Source of the DNA: an uncultured delta proteobacterium
GTDB taxonomy: Bacteria > Desulfobacterota > Desulfobacteria > Desulfobacterales > Desulfosalsimonadaceae
DNA length: 64,000 nucleotides
Assembly: GCA_963826785.1 (NCBI GenBank)
Contig: CAWGYD010000006.1
Span: 32,001-96,000 of the forward strand
Reading direction: 5' to 3'
The position numbers and the translations under genes are program-made. Below the pieces are notes generated by a model. The model saw only the letters and a program-made list of their open reading frames with translations. It had not been told where the DNA came from and did no database searches. This document shows positions 1 to 9,434 of this stretch, piece after piece. Within the stretch, counting starts at the first letter, position 1; every line of letters begins with the position of its first letter.

Positions 1-1
1 C

Positions 2-226
2 AGCCCGGCGCCCGGCGGACGGGGGACCCAAATCAAGGTGGCCCTCTCCTATGTGCCGCCCGGCGGCACCGCGGGGGCCAATCTGGCCTGGCTCATGGGC
101 CAGGAGCCTTCCCAGCAGATCGCCGAAGACCTGCGCAAATTCAAACAGCTCATGGAAGCCGGGGAAGTCGCCACCATCGAGGGGCAGCCGTCAGGCGCTT
201 CCCGCCCGGAAAAAAAGGAGGCATGA
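2..226 (+). CDS. SRPBCC/polyketide cyclase-family protein, C-terminal part (5' end outside window)
   Basis: Frame is open from the window edge: [22 protein letters not shown]...[30 protein letters not shown]. This is the typical C-terminus of SRPBCC cyclase proteins found upstream of FDH-like dehydrogenases. Confidence 0.75.
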   Translation, partial: SPAPGGRGTQIKVALSYVPPGGTAGANLAWLMGQEPSQQIAEDLRKFKQLMEAGEVATIEGQPSGASRPEKKEA

Positions 227-227
227 T

Positions 228-1402
228 ATGAAAGCCGTATGCTGGTACGGAATAAACGATGTGCGGGTGGAGGAAGTGCCGGACCCGAAGATTCTCAACC
301 CCAGAGACGCCGTCATCAAGGTGACCCTCACCGCCATCTGCGGATCGGATCTGCATCTTTACGACGGCTATGTGCCCACCATGGAAAAGGGCGACATCCT
401 GGGGCATGAATTCATGGGCGAGGTGGTGGAAACCGGAAGTGAGATCAGGTCCCTCAAGCCCGGCGACCGCGTGGTGGTCCCCTTCCCCATCTCCTGCGGC
501 CGGTGCTTCTACTGCAAGCAGGAACTCTGGTCCCTGTGCGACAATTCCAATCCCAATGCCTGGATGGCCGAAAAGCTCTACGGCTATTCCGGCGCGGCCC
601 TGTTCGGCTATTCCCACATGCTGGGCGGATATGCCGGCGGGCAGGCCGAGTACGTGCGCGTCCCGTTTGCCGATGTGGGCCCCATCAAGATCCCCGAAGG
701 CACACCGGACGACAAGGTGCTGTTCCTGTCGGACATTTTCCCCACCGGCTACCAGGCCGCGGAAAACTGCGGGATCAAGCCGGGCGATGTGGTGGCGGTA
801 TGGGGCTGCGGCCCGGTGGGGCTGTTTGCCATCCGCAGCGCCTACATGCTGGGCGCCGAGCATGTCCTGGCCATCGACCGCGATCCCCGAGCGGCTGCGC
901 CTGGCGCGAAGAGTTCGGCGGTGCGGAAACCATCAATTACGAAGAAACCGACGACGTCATCGAGACCCTGCGCCAGAAAACCGGCGGGCGCGGACCGGAT
1001 GCCTGCATCGATGCGGTGGGCATGGAATCCCACGGCACCGGGATGAGCTACTACTATGACAAGATTAAGCAGACCCTGCGGCTGGAAACCGACCGCCCCT
1101 ATGCCCTGCGGGAAGCCATCCAGTCCTGCCGCAAGGGGGGCACCCTGTCGGTCCCCGGCGTGTATGCGCTGTTTCTGGATAAATTTCCCTTCGGGTCCGC
1201 CTTTGCCAAGGGGCTGAATTTCAAGATGGGCCAGACCCATGTGCAGAAATATTTGCCCACGCTGTTGGGCCACATCCTGGAGGAGCGGATCGATCCGTCG
1301 GCCATCATCTCCCACCGCCTCCCCCTGGACCAGGCCCCTGAAGCGTACAAAAACTTTAAAAACAAGGAAGACCAGTTCATCAAGGTGGTGATGACGCCAT
1401 AA
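228..1402 (+). CDS. Zn-dependent alcohol/formaldehyde dehydrogenase-like protein (MDR family), split by two +1 frameshifts near 880-910
   Basis: RBS GGAGG, ATG at 228. Motifs [14 protein letters not shown], structural Zn CGRCFYC..C and GCGPVG. The protein continues IPERLRLAR in a second frame and then [11 protein letters not shown]...KVVMTP in a third. Confidence 0.85.
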
Positions 1403-1428
1403 AAAATCATTTGCCTGGGCCCGCGCCC

Positions 1429-2249
1429 ATGCCGCTGTATACCGTCATCCGCCGGTTTGCCGCCGGCAGGATCATTCTGGAAAGCCGGCAATATCCGGTG
1501 GGCCCCAAACCGGATCCACGCCCTGGCGGCACCCGGGCCGCATGCACCGGATTCGATCCCCGTGGTCCTGGTGCACGGCCTGGGCGTCTCCGGCCGATAC
1601 ATGATCCCGCTGGCCGGGCAGCTCGGCGCCTGCCTCCCCACCTATGTCCCCGATCTGCCGGGGTTCGGCAAAAGCAGCCGGCCGGCCGCCACGCTTACCC
1701 TGGCCGAACTGGCCGACGCTCTGGCCGCCTGGATGGATGCGGCGGAAATGGATACGGCGGTGCTGCTGGGAAACTCGTTTGGCTGCCAGGTGATCGTCGA
1801 GCTGGCAATGCGCCGAGCCAAGGCGCGCCGCCGCCCTGGTCCTGCAGGCCCCCACCATGGATATCGATGCCCGCAATGCCGGGGGGCAGCTCCGGCGGTT
1901 CATCATGGACAGTTGGCGGGAGCCGCCCGCCCTGATTCCGGTGGTGGTCTCAGACTACCTGAAGGCGGGTCCCAGGCGCATCCTGGCCACTTTCCGGGCA
2001 GCCCTGGACGATCCCATCGAACGCAAGGTGCCCGGCATCGAGGTGCCCGCCCTGGTTATCCGGGGGGAATCCGACCCCATCGCCCCGGAGCGCTGGACCC
2101 GGGGACTATGCCGGCGCTTTCCCCAGGCCCGGCACGCGATCCTGCCCAAAGCGGCCCATGCCGCCGTCTTTTCCGCACCGGCGCCCTTCTCCCGTCTGGT
2201 CATTTGCTTCATCGCCCGCCACGTTTTCCAGGCGGTATCCGGCCCATAG
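1429..2249 (+). CDS. Alpha/beta-fold hydrolase, split by two +1 frameshifts (~1507, ~1814)
   Basis: VVLVHGLG oxyanion motif, DLPGFG, nucleophile elbow GNSFG, then LVIRGESDPI and AAHA in the next frame. Confidence 0.75.
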
Positions 2250-2484
2250 GAGATGGCCCAGCCCGCCTGGGCATGGGGCAACTTCCCCCGCCTGACCTCC
2301 CCCATAAAGAAAGAAGTATCTCCAGATCGGGGAAAATTGTTCAGCGGCGATATCCGATATAATGATTATATTTTAGGCATTGCCTTATTGGGCGATGATA
2401 TAAGGAGATATTCGGCGCCTGATAATTGAAAACGGCATCTGCGCGCCGGTTTGCGTCATTTTACATACATACAAGGAGGCGTCC

Positions 2485-3099
2485 ATGAAAATTTTGACCG
2501 TTTATTATTCGATGTACGGGCACATGCTTGAAATGGCCAAGGCCGTCCACGCGGGGGTTCAACGGGTCGACGGCGTTGAAGCGGTGCTGCGCCGGGTCCG
2601 GGAATTCGATGAAGTGAACAAAATCATCGACGGGAATGAATTTGCCGCAAAGATCCGGGAAAATCAGAAGGAAATCCCGGTGTGCACTTTAGACGACCTG
2701 CGGGAAGCCGAGGGGTACATCTTCGGCTCGCCCACGCGCTACGGCAACATGACCGCCCAGATGAAACAGCTGTTCGACAGCACGGCCGACCTGTGGAGCA
2801 AGGGCGAACTGGAGGGCAAACCCGCCGGCCTGTTTACGTCCACCGCCTCCACCCACGGGGGCCAGGAAACCACCCTGCTCACCATGATGCCGCCCCTGAT
2901 TCACCTGGGAATGATCATCGTGGGGGTGCCCTATTCCACCAGCGGCATGCTCCACACCGAGGCCAGGGGCGGCACGCCCTACGGGCCATCCACCATTGCC
3001 GGCCCGAAAGGCGAGCTGACGCCGCATGAAACCGACCTTCAGATCGCCTCGTTCCTGGGCGAACGGGTGGCCAACATCGCCAAACGCCTCCGGGGATAA
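2485..3099 (+). CDS. wrbA: NAD(P)H:quinone oxidoreductase WrbA (flavodoxin-like)
   Basis: YYSMYGH, GSPTRYGNM, STASTHGGQETT and GGTPYG motifs; RBS AAGGAGG. Confidence 0.93.
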   Translation: MKILTVYYSMYGHMLEMAKAVHAGVQRVDGVEAVLRRVREFDEVNKIIDGNEFAAKIRENQKEIPVCTLDDLREAEGYIFGSPTRYGNMTAQMKQLFDSTADLWSKGELEGKPAGLFTSTASTHGGQETTLLTMMPPLIHLGMIIVGVPYSTSGMLHTEARGGTPYGPSTIAGPKGELTPHETDLQIASFLGERVANIAKRLRG

Positions 3100-3174
3100 A
3101 AGCGGCCGCGGCTTCCAGGGAACTTGACCCGGTAAAACGTTTTTCACCGTTTATTTTTTGATTTCGCAGGGTCC

Positions 3175-3292
3175 AACCCCCCCTGCCTTCCCTCGATGGG
3201 GGAATTTGAGACCTGCTCCCCCTCGAAGGGAGAATTCGGTCGCAATTTCAAGGCCTAATCCCCCCTTGAGGGGGGAATTAAAGGGGGGTGTT
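3175..3292. repeat. C-run/G-run palindromic REP/MITE-like element (three CCCTC..GGGG-AATT hairpin units, inverted ends)
   Basis: Units CCCTCGATGGGGGAATT, CCCCTCGAAGGGAGAATT and CCCCCCTTGAGGGGGGAATT. Left end ACCCCCCC, right end GGGGGGTGTT. Confidence 0.7.
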
Positions 3293-3449
3293 CCTTCCGG
3301 CTGCCGTGAAAAATTCATTCCGGCAAAAATACCGCCCTGCGGGGTCGAAAGCTTTCAAGAAAAGAACCTGCACCGGCACACAGGGGCGGCCCTGCGGGGG
3401 GGCACCGCCCAAAAGTCCCCTTTTGTCGAGAGTACCTTGGGGAGAAAAA

Positions 3450-3896
3450 ATGACCCGATCCACAACTGATGCACGCCATGCTTCAACGCTGCTGCTGATA
3501 GCTGTCCTTCTGGCCGCGCTTCTTCCGGGCTGCGGCCGGACATCGGAACCGGTGCTGCAGATCCCGGACTGGATCATCGGAACGTGGACCGGCGCCTTTG
3601 GATTCGAACACGAGCCGGTCGAATACGCGTTTGTCATGAAACTGGAAAAAAACGGAAAAGGCACCCTCACCCTGTCCGGTCGCGGGGCCAGTTTCAGGTT
3701 GACGATGGAATCGGCTTCACCCCGCCAGGTGCGGTATAAAATGACATCGGATGATCCGGATGCGGACGCCATCGTCTCGCCGGGGATTATGGACCTGATC
3801 CGTCTGCCGGAACAGCCGCAAGACGTCATCCATGTCCAGTTTTACCCGGCCGGAAAAGAAGAACTCTGGCTGGGCCGGGCCAGAAGAATGAAATAA
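3450..3896 (+). CDS. Putative lipoprotein
   Basis: RBS GGAG. Hydrophobic signal LLLIAVLLAALLPG-C (lipobox-like), followed by a beta-rich IIGTWTG domain. Confidence 0.6.
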   Translation: MTRSTTDARHASTLLLIAVLLAALLPGCGRTSEPVLQIPDWIIGTWTGAFGFEHEPVEYAFVMKLEKNGKGTLTLSGRGASFRLTMESASPRQVRYKMTSDDPDADAIVSPGIMDLIRLPEQPQDVIHVQFYPAGKEELWLGRARRMK

Positions 3897-3907
3897 CAGG
3901 CCGCTGT

Positions 3908-4504
3908 TCAGAGCCCCGGCACACCCGCGATCAAGCTTTTCAGCCGCTCGACCGGCTGCACGCCGGACAGCACCACCTTTTCGTCCATCACAAAGGCGGG
4001 CACCGCCCGCACATTGAACCTGGCCGCGTCCTGTACATCGGCAGCAACCGATTTTTCAAACAGCCGCCGCTCCAATGCGGCTTCCAGCGCGCTGCCGTCA
4101 AGGCCAAGGTCGGCCGCCAGCCGGACCAGGACATCGATTTCGCCGATATTTTCCCCGCGCTCGAAAAAGGCGCGGAAAACCGCCGCGTGATAAGTCTCGA
4201 ATGCGCCCTGTTCCCGGGCCCAGTGGGCCGCCTCGTGTGCCTGCCGGGACCGGGGCTGCACCGGCGGCAGGTTCATGGTGACATTCAGCCGCTGTGCCAG
4301 CGGCTTTACCGAATCCCTCCAGGCGTTCTGAATGTACGCGGAATTCGGGTCCAGAACCGGCACGGGCTCCGGCCGCAGCTCAAATGCCCGCCACCGGAAT
4401 TCCACATCCGGGTTTTCGGATTTAACGATTTCCATGGCCGGCTCCGCCAGCCAGCAGAACGGTCAAAGATAATCGGAAAAGACCTGTATCACCAGATTGC
4501 TCAT
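3908..4504 (-). CDS. FrnE/DsbA-family thiol-disulfide oxidoreductase, selenoprotein (Sec14, UPFC motif)
   Basis: AAGGAG RBS, then ATG at 4504 reads MSNLVIQVFSDYL-TGA-PFCWLAEPAM in frame with the tracked 175-aa ORF. cis-Pro AVPAF and SGVQP motifs are present. A SECIS-like hairpin follows the TGA. Confidence 0.85.
4435..4453 (-). promoter_or_regulatory. Bacterial SECIS-like hairpin
   Basis: mRNA UGGCUGGC-GGA-GCCGGCCA forms an 8-bp stem with one GU pair and a G-first apical loop 17 nt after the UGA at 4463-4465. Confidence 0.75.
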
Positions 4505-4507
4505 TTT

Positions 4508-5221
4508 TCACTCCTTGCAGCAGCAGCTGATTTCCTTCATTCGCTTGAGTATTAAACCTGCGCGAGCCTGGCTTGCCGGGTCCGGAGGCAGGTGGCCCGG
4601 CAGAGCTTCAAAAAAAGAACGATTTTTCAATAAAGAAATAATGCGCCCTTTGAGATAAGCATTCAACTTAGAATCCGATGCATTTACTTCTTCAACGATT
4701 TCCGGTCTGCCATCGAGTACGGCAACAATATCTTCCATGTCCCGGCTCATCAGGTAATCGGCATTCCCCCTGCCATCGAAGGCTTCCAACTTCGTCGCCA
4801 GAAAATAAGGCGCTGGCAATATCCGGATTTCGGTGCCATCTGAAAGGCAAATCCATTTAGATGCCGCAAATGCCGGACCATACCATTGATTTCCGAAACC
4901 AAGTATCTGAGAATCTACCGGCATAACATCCAGTATAATAATTTCTCTAATCCATCTGCATATCGGCGCTCCAGGGCTCAAATCTTCTTTAAATCCCCGG
5001 TCACGTAATGTTTCCGACAGCTTGTGATATGCGGCCAAAGATGAAACTTCAACTAAAACATCGACATCAATTGTTGGTCGAACCGGGGCGGCTGCGGGAT
5101 CTGTTATGAGCAGACCGGTTGCGCAACCGCCGAGAAAGACCATTTCATTTTTCATAGCGCCCAAAAAGGAAGCGGCTTTTTCCAGCAGAATGATATTGGG
5201 ATGCCGGCTCGACTTCATCAT
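4508..5221 (-). CDS. Nucleotidyltransferase, AbiEii/MenT-like putative toxin
   Basis: VFLGGCA, RPTIDVD, LATKLEAF..RG and SRDMEDI motifs of DUF1814-like Pol-beta NTases. The start overlaps the stop of the upstream gene. Confidence 0.7.
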   Translation of the reverse strand: MMKSSRHPNIILLEKAASFLGAMKNEMVFLGGCATGLLITDPAAAPVRPTIDVDVLVEVSSLAAYHKLSETLRDRGFKEDLSPGAPICRWIREIIILDVMPVDSQILGFGNQWYGPAFAASKWICLSDGTEIRILPAPYFLATKLEAFDGRGNADYLMSRDMEDIVAVLDGRPEIVEEVNASDSKLNAYLKGRIISLLKNRSFFEALPGHLPPDPASQARAGLILKRMKEISCCCKE

Positions 5222-5730
5222 TCAAGCTTTCTCCTGATTTCATGAACAGCCATTTCTTTTTCTCTTGCCCGGCCTCCCCTAATGGCATCGACCAGTGATA
5301 AAAGCGCATACAACTCCTGATCCTTCCGCGCCGCTTTCGGGACGGATTTGTACAGCGGTGAAAAAGCCGTACCCCTTGTTTCCCCCATTGGATCCGGCCA
5401 GATCGGGCAAGGCTCATCGGATGAAAGAAGAATGCCATTCAATGGCGGCACATTATAGATGGTGGGCATTCCACGGGTCATTTCGCCGCGTTCAGGAACA
5501 AAGACATACTTTAACCCATGACAAAGGAATTCTTTTAAAGCGCTTTTATTAACAGTGATATTCTCCTTAATCGAGGTCAGTAAATGTGCAGTAATGGAGC
5601 GTTTAACGGCTGCATGCACTTCCGAAGAACTCATCGAAAGATCCACCGCCAATTCATTATACGTCCATTGCGCCTGCTCCAGAGTAACAAGCTTCAGGAC
5701 CACCAAAACATCCTGCGGTTTTAATATCAT
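5218..5730 (-). CDS. HTH-containing partner protein (putative AbiEi-like antitoxin/regulator)
   Basis: MILKPQDVLVVLKL...LAVDLSMSSSEVHAAVKRS is an N-terminal HTH. C-terminus is LVDAIRGGRARE. Translationally coupled to the NTase gene. Confidence 0.65.
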   Translation of the reverse strand: MILKPQDVLVVLKLVTLEQAQWTYNELAVDLSMSSSEVHAAVKRSITAHLLTSIKENITVNKSALKEFLCHGLKYVFVPERGEMTRGMPTIYNVPPLNGILLSSDEPCPIWPDPMGETRGTAFSPLYKSVPKAARKDQELYALLSLVDAIRGGRAREKEMAVHEIRRKLE

Positions 5731-5741
5731 GATGATTACCC

Positions 5742-5776
5742 CTATTCTCTATTCGCGATTCGCAAATAGAGAATAG
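5742..5776. promoter_or_regulatory. 35-bp palindromic operator upstream of the HTH-NTase operon
   Basis: CTATTCTCTATT-CGCG-ATT-CGCA-AATAGAGAATAG: perfect 12-bp arms plus a 3/4 inner extension, 12 nt upstream of the ATG at 5730. Confidence 0.7.
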
Positions 5777-5890
5777 ATAATTCAAAGGGCTTTTTCAACA
5801 GTTTTTTAGTTAACCGCATCTTCTTTGCGGCAACGCACTGTTAAAAAACGTATCCTTGATTTGCCATTCTTTTTATTCTACTAAATTTCT

Positions 5891-6295
5891 ATGCATCATA
5901 TTCACGTCACCTGTGCAATTCTTGAGCACGGCGGTCGCGTTATGGCAGCCCAAAGGAGTGCTTCAATGAAGATGCCTTTCAAATGGGAGTTTCCCGGTGG
6001 AAAGATCAATCCCGGTGAAAGCCCTGAAGCCTGCCTTCAACGGGAACTTCTGGAAGAACTGGCTTTGACCGTATACATTAAGTTAGCGCTTCCGCCGACT
6101 ACACACGATTATCCGAATATGCGCGTGACCCTCTATCCCTATGTCTGTGCCATCCAGGAAGGCGAGCCGAAGCTGAACGAACATGCCGCACTAAAATGGC
6201 TTTCGCCGAAAGCGCTTGGCACGCTTGATTGGGCCGAGGCCGATCTACCCGTTATTGACGCCTATCGGCACTGGCTGGAAAAGTCATCGCAATGA
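5891..6295 (+). CDS. Nudix hydrolase, MutT/NudG-like (d)NTP pyrophosphohydrolase
   Basis: Nudix box WEFPGGKINPGESPEACLQRELLEE. Its stop overlaps the next ATG (ATGA). Confidence 0.9.
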   Translation: MHHIHVTCAILEHGGRVMAAQRSASMKMPFKWEFPGGKINPGESPEACLQRELLEELALTVYIKLALPPTTHDYPNMRVTLYPYVCAIQEGEPKLNEHAALKWLSPKALGTLDWAEADLPVIDAYRHWLEKSSQ

Positions 6296-9200
6296 CTTCC
6301 AAACTCCCCTTTGGCATCTATGATGCGCTGATCGACCGGAATCTGAGGGAAACCCTTGCGCAATATCCAGATCTGAGGGCAGTGCTGGGGAAAATTGATA
6401 CTGAGGAGCAACCGGCGCGGTATGCGGATTTCATTTCCAGAATCGTGGAGCAGGTCCTGCGCGAAGAATCCGACCCGGAAAAGCGGCTTGCGTTATGCAA
6501 CACGATTCTTGAGCACATATCAATAGATTTTGGCCATGAGGATGGAAAGAACCATCTGGTTTCCGGCAAAAAATCCCTGCTTTTGGAAATAATGCCGCCG
6601 CATTATGGTGCTGCGGGGCTTCCCCGCCCCCATACGCCTATATCAGAAAGCAGTCTCTTCACCGGATCACCGCGCGACCCCCAGCTTGTTCATGAACTGC
6701 AGGCTGAAATGCGCTCCGCCGACGCAGTAGACATTCTGGTTTCTTTTATCAAGTGGTCCGGCCTGCGCCTGTTGATGCCGGCTTTTGAAGACCTGAAGGA
6801 CCGGGATGTGCCGGTGCGGGTGATCACAACTTCGTACATGGGGGCATCCGATGCCCCAGCAATTGAATGGATAGCGGGCATGCCCAATGTGAACGTGCGG
6901 GTCTCCTATGATACAGAGAGAACCCGGCTTCACGCCAAAGCCTATCATTTCAAGCGCTTCTCTGGCTATTCTACCGCGTACATCGGTTCCGCAAACATGT
7001 CCCAGGCCGCCATGACGAGCGGCCTCGAGTGGAATCTGAAGGTTACCGAGCAGGACATGCTGCACATTCTTGAAAAGTTCGCGGCAGAATTCGAGACCTA
7101 TTGGAACAGCCGCGAGTTTGTCCCTTTTGATCCGTGTAATCCTGCTCCGCTGCGCAATGCGATCAGTCACGCCCGAAATCCGCAGGCACAGCAAATGGTA
7201 TTTTTCGACCTGCGGCCCCATCCCTTCCAGGAGCGGATCCTCGAAGCCCTGGAACGGGAGCGCAGCATTCGGCAAAACCATCGCAACCTGGTCATTGCAG
7301 CAACCGGCACGGGCAAAACCGTGATTGCCGCTTTCGATTACCATCACTTTTATGAACGCAAACAACGCCAGGCGCGATTGCTCTTTGTAGCCCATCGGCT
7401 GGAAATCCTGCAGCAGGCGCTGGGAACCTTTCGAAATGTCTTGCGGGACGCCAATTTCGGGGAACTGCTTGCCGGCACCCATTCGGCGGATCGGTACGAC
7501 CACCTGTTTTGTTCGGTGGGAATGCTTACCAACCGGCGCCTGTGGGAACAGGTAGGGCGAAACTTTTACGATTACATCGTCATCGATGAGGCGCATCATG
7601 GCACGGCAGCCAGCTACCGACCGATCTTCGAAAAATTCGATCCGGAAGTGCTGCTTGGTCTGACAGCCACCCCGGAGCGGATGGACGGCGGCAATGTGCT
7701 CGCGGATTTCGGCAACCGATTTGCCGCTGAAATCCGGCTGCCCGAAGCGCTGGAAGAAAAACTGCTCTGCCCGTTTCACTATTTCGGAGTGGCAGACCCG
7801 ATATCTCTGAAAGAAGACCGATTCTGGACGAACGGCAAGTATAACATCACAGAACTTGAAAATATCTATACCGGCGCCCACATGCTGGCCCGCCAGCGCC
7901 TCGACCTTATTCTCGACGCCCTCAAAAGATATGAGCCCGAGTGGGATCTGATTAAGGGAGTCGGCTTCTGCGTTTCCATTAATCATGCGAAATTCATGGC
8001 AGAGATGTTTACCCATCGTGGATTGGCATCGGCTGCATTCGTGTCCGGCATAAACGGAGACGACTGTGCCGCCCTCTTGAAAGATCTTAAATTCGGGCGA
8101 TTGAAGTTCCTGTTTACGGTGGATAAATTCAGCGAAGGCATCGACCTGCCGGCAATCAATGTTGTCCTGTTTTTGCGGCCGACCGAAAGCCTCACCGTAT
8201 TTCTCCAGCAGCTGGGTCGCGGGCTCCGGTTTGCACCGGGAAAAGACTGCCTCACGGTCCTCGACTTTGTTGGCCAGGCCCACCGGAAATACCGCATCGA
8301 TACCAAGCTAAAGGCGCTGCTGCCCAAACACCGCTTTTCCATCGACCGGGAGGTCGAAATGGATTTCCCCCATCTGCCCGCGGGATGCGCCATCCAGTTC
8401 GACCGGCTCTCCCGGCGGCACGTGCTTGAAAATATCCGGGAAAACCTGCGAAATCTGGCGCTGCAGGTACCCGAACGCATCCAGACATTTGAAAATGAAG
8501 CCCACCAGGAACTGACCTTCGGCAATTTTATCCGGCACCACGATTACGAACCCGAGCGACTCCTGGTCAAAGAAACATGGACCGGCTGGAAGGCAAAGGC
8601 GCAGCTAACTGCCCCGCCAAAAGACCCGGACCTGCAAAGGCTGAAAAAGGCCCTCGTCCGGTTCGCCTTCATTAACGGGCCACAGGAAATCGCGCTGCTG
8701 CAGCAAATTATCTCGCGGATACGGCAGGGGGCCATTGCCGATGCCATGGCCCTTGCCGGAGATACTGGAATTTTGGTGCACTTCCGGATCTGGGCGGACA
8801 AGGGGGAAAATTTGGGGATGACTTCACTTGCAGATTCCTTCCGGCGTCTTTCCCGAAATTCGTCGATCCTTGATGACATGGAAGAAATCCTGGCATGGGC
8901 GGAATCAGGAACGCCGGTGAGCGGATTGGTCCCCGATCTGCCGTTTTCGTGCCCGCTTGAGCTGCACGCGCAGTATGGATATACCGACATTCAGGCTGTG
9001 CTGGGGATGGCCAACCTTGACACGGCAGGGCAACGGGGCGTCGGAATTGTGCATCTCTCTGATCTCAAGGCCTATGCCCTCATGATCACTTTCCAGAAAA
9101 CCGAGCGGGAGTTTTCGCCCTCCACCATGTACGCCGACTACCCCATCAGCCGCGAACTCCTGCACTGGGAATCCCAGTCAAACACCACCCAGACATCCCC

Positions 9201-9417
9201 GACCGGGCAAAATTTGATTTACCATGACGAGCGAGGGTACACCATCCTTCTCTTTGCCCGCGGACAGAAAAACCAGAACGGCTGTACCGTCCCCTTCACC
9301 TATCTCGGCCCGGCCGACCGAGTGAGTTTTGAAAGCGAACGCCCCATCAAGATGATTTGGCGTTTACAATATTCGATGCCAGTGGAAATGTTTGAAGAGA
9401 ACCGAAAAGGAGGGTAG
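6292..9417 (+). CDS. PLD-nuclease/SF2 helicase/DUF3427 protein (SauUSI-like type IV, modification-dependent restriction enzyme)
   Basis: PLD LHAKAY..IGSANMS, Walker A ATGTGKT, DEAHH, TATPER and QLGRGLR motifs. The C-terminus YADYPISRELLHWESQS..PFTYLG..SERPIKMIWRL is DUF3427-like. Confidence 0.85.
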   Translation: MTSKLPFGIYDALIDRNLRETLAQYPDLRAVLGKIDTEEQPARYADFISRIVEQVLREESDPEKRLALCNTILEHISIDFGHEDGKNHLVSGKKSLLLEIMPPHYGAAGLPRPHTPISESSLFTGSPRDPQLVHELQAEMRSADAVDILVSFIKWSGLRLLMPAFEDLKDRDVPVRVITTSYMGASDAPAIEWIAGMPNVNVRVSYDTERTRLHAKAYHFKRFSGYSTAYIGSANMSQAAMTSGLEWNLKVTEQDMLHILEKFAAEFETYWNSREFVPFDPCNPAPLRNAISHARNPQAQQMVFFDLRPHPFQERILEALERERSIRQNHRNLVIAATGTGKTVIAAFDYHHFYERKQRQARLLFVAHRLEILQQALGTFRNVLRDANFGELLAGTHSADRYDHLFCSVGMLTNRRLWEQVGRNFYDYIVIDEAHHGTAASYRPIFEKFDPEVLLGLTATPERMDGGNVLADFGNRFAAEIRLPEALEEKLLCPFHYFGVADPISLKEDRFWTNGKYNITELENIYTGAHMLARQRLDLILDALKRYEPEWDLIKGVGFCVSINHAKFMAEMFTHRGLASAAFVSGINGDDCAALLKDLKFGRLKFLFTVDKFSEGIDLPAINVVLFLRPTESLTVFLQQLGRGLRFAPGKDCLTVLDFVGQAHRKYRIDTKLKALLPKHRFSIDREVEMDFPHLPAGCAIQFDRLSRRHVLENIRENLRNLALQVPERIQTFENEAHQELTFGNFIRHHDYEPERLLVKETWTGWKAKAQLTAPPKDPDLQRLKKALVRFAFINGPQEIALLQQIISRIRQGAIADAMALAGDTGILVHFRIWADKGENLGMTSLADSFRRLSRNSSILDDMEEILAWAESGTPVSGLVPDLPFSCPLELHAQYGYTDIQAVLGMANLDTAGQRGVGIVHLSDLKAYALMITFQKTEREFSPSTMYADYPISRELLHWESQSNTTQTSPTGQNLIYHDERGYTILLFARGQKNQNGCTVPFTYLGPADRVSFESERPIKMIWRLQYSMPVEMFEENRKGG

Positions 9418-9434
9418 ATATTTCGGAGTCAGAC

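Noticed and set aside
880..915. Programmed ribosomal frameshifting in the dehydrogenase, GGT or RND permease genes
   Set aside because: No slippery heptamers or stimulatory structures were seen, and the same +1 pattern recurs in unrelated genes, pointing to sequence error.
3175..3292. Possible mini CRISPR array (three similar units with spacers)
   Set aside because: Units are degenerate, spacers are only ~10-20 nt and unequal, the ends are inverted, and no cas genes are present. It fits a REP-like element better.
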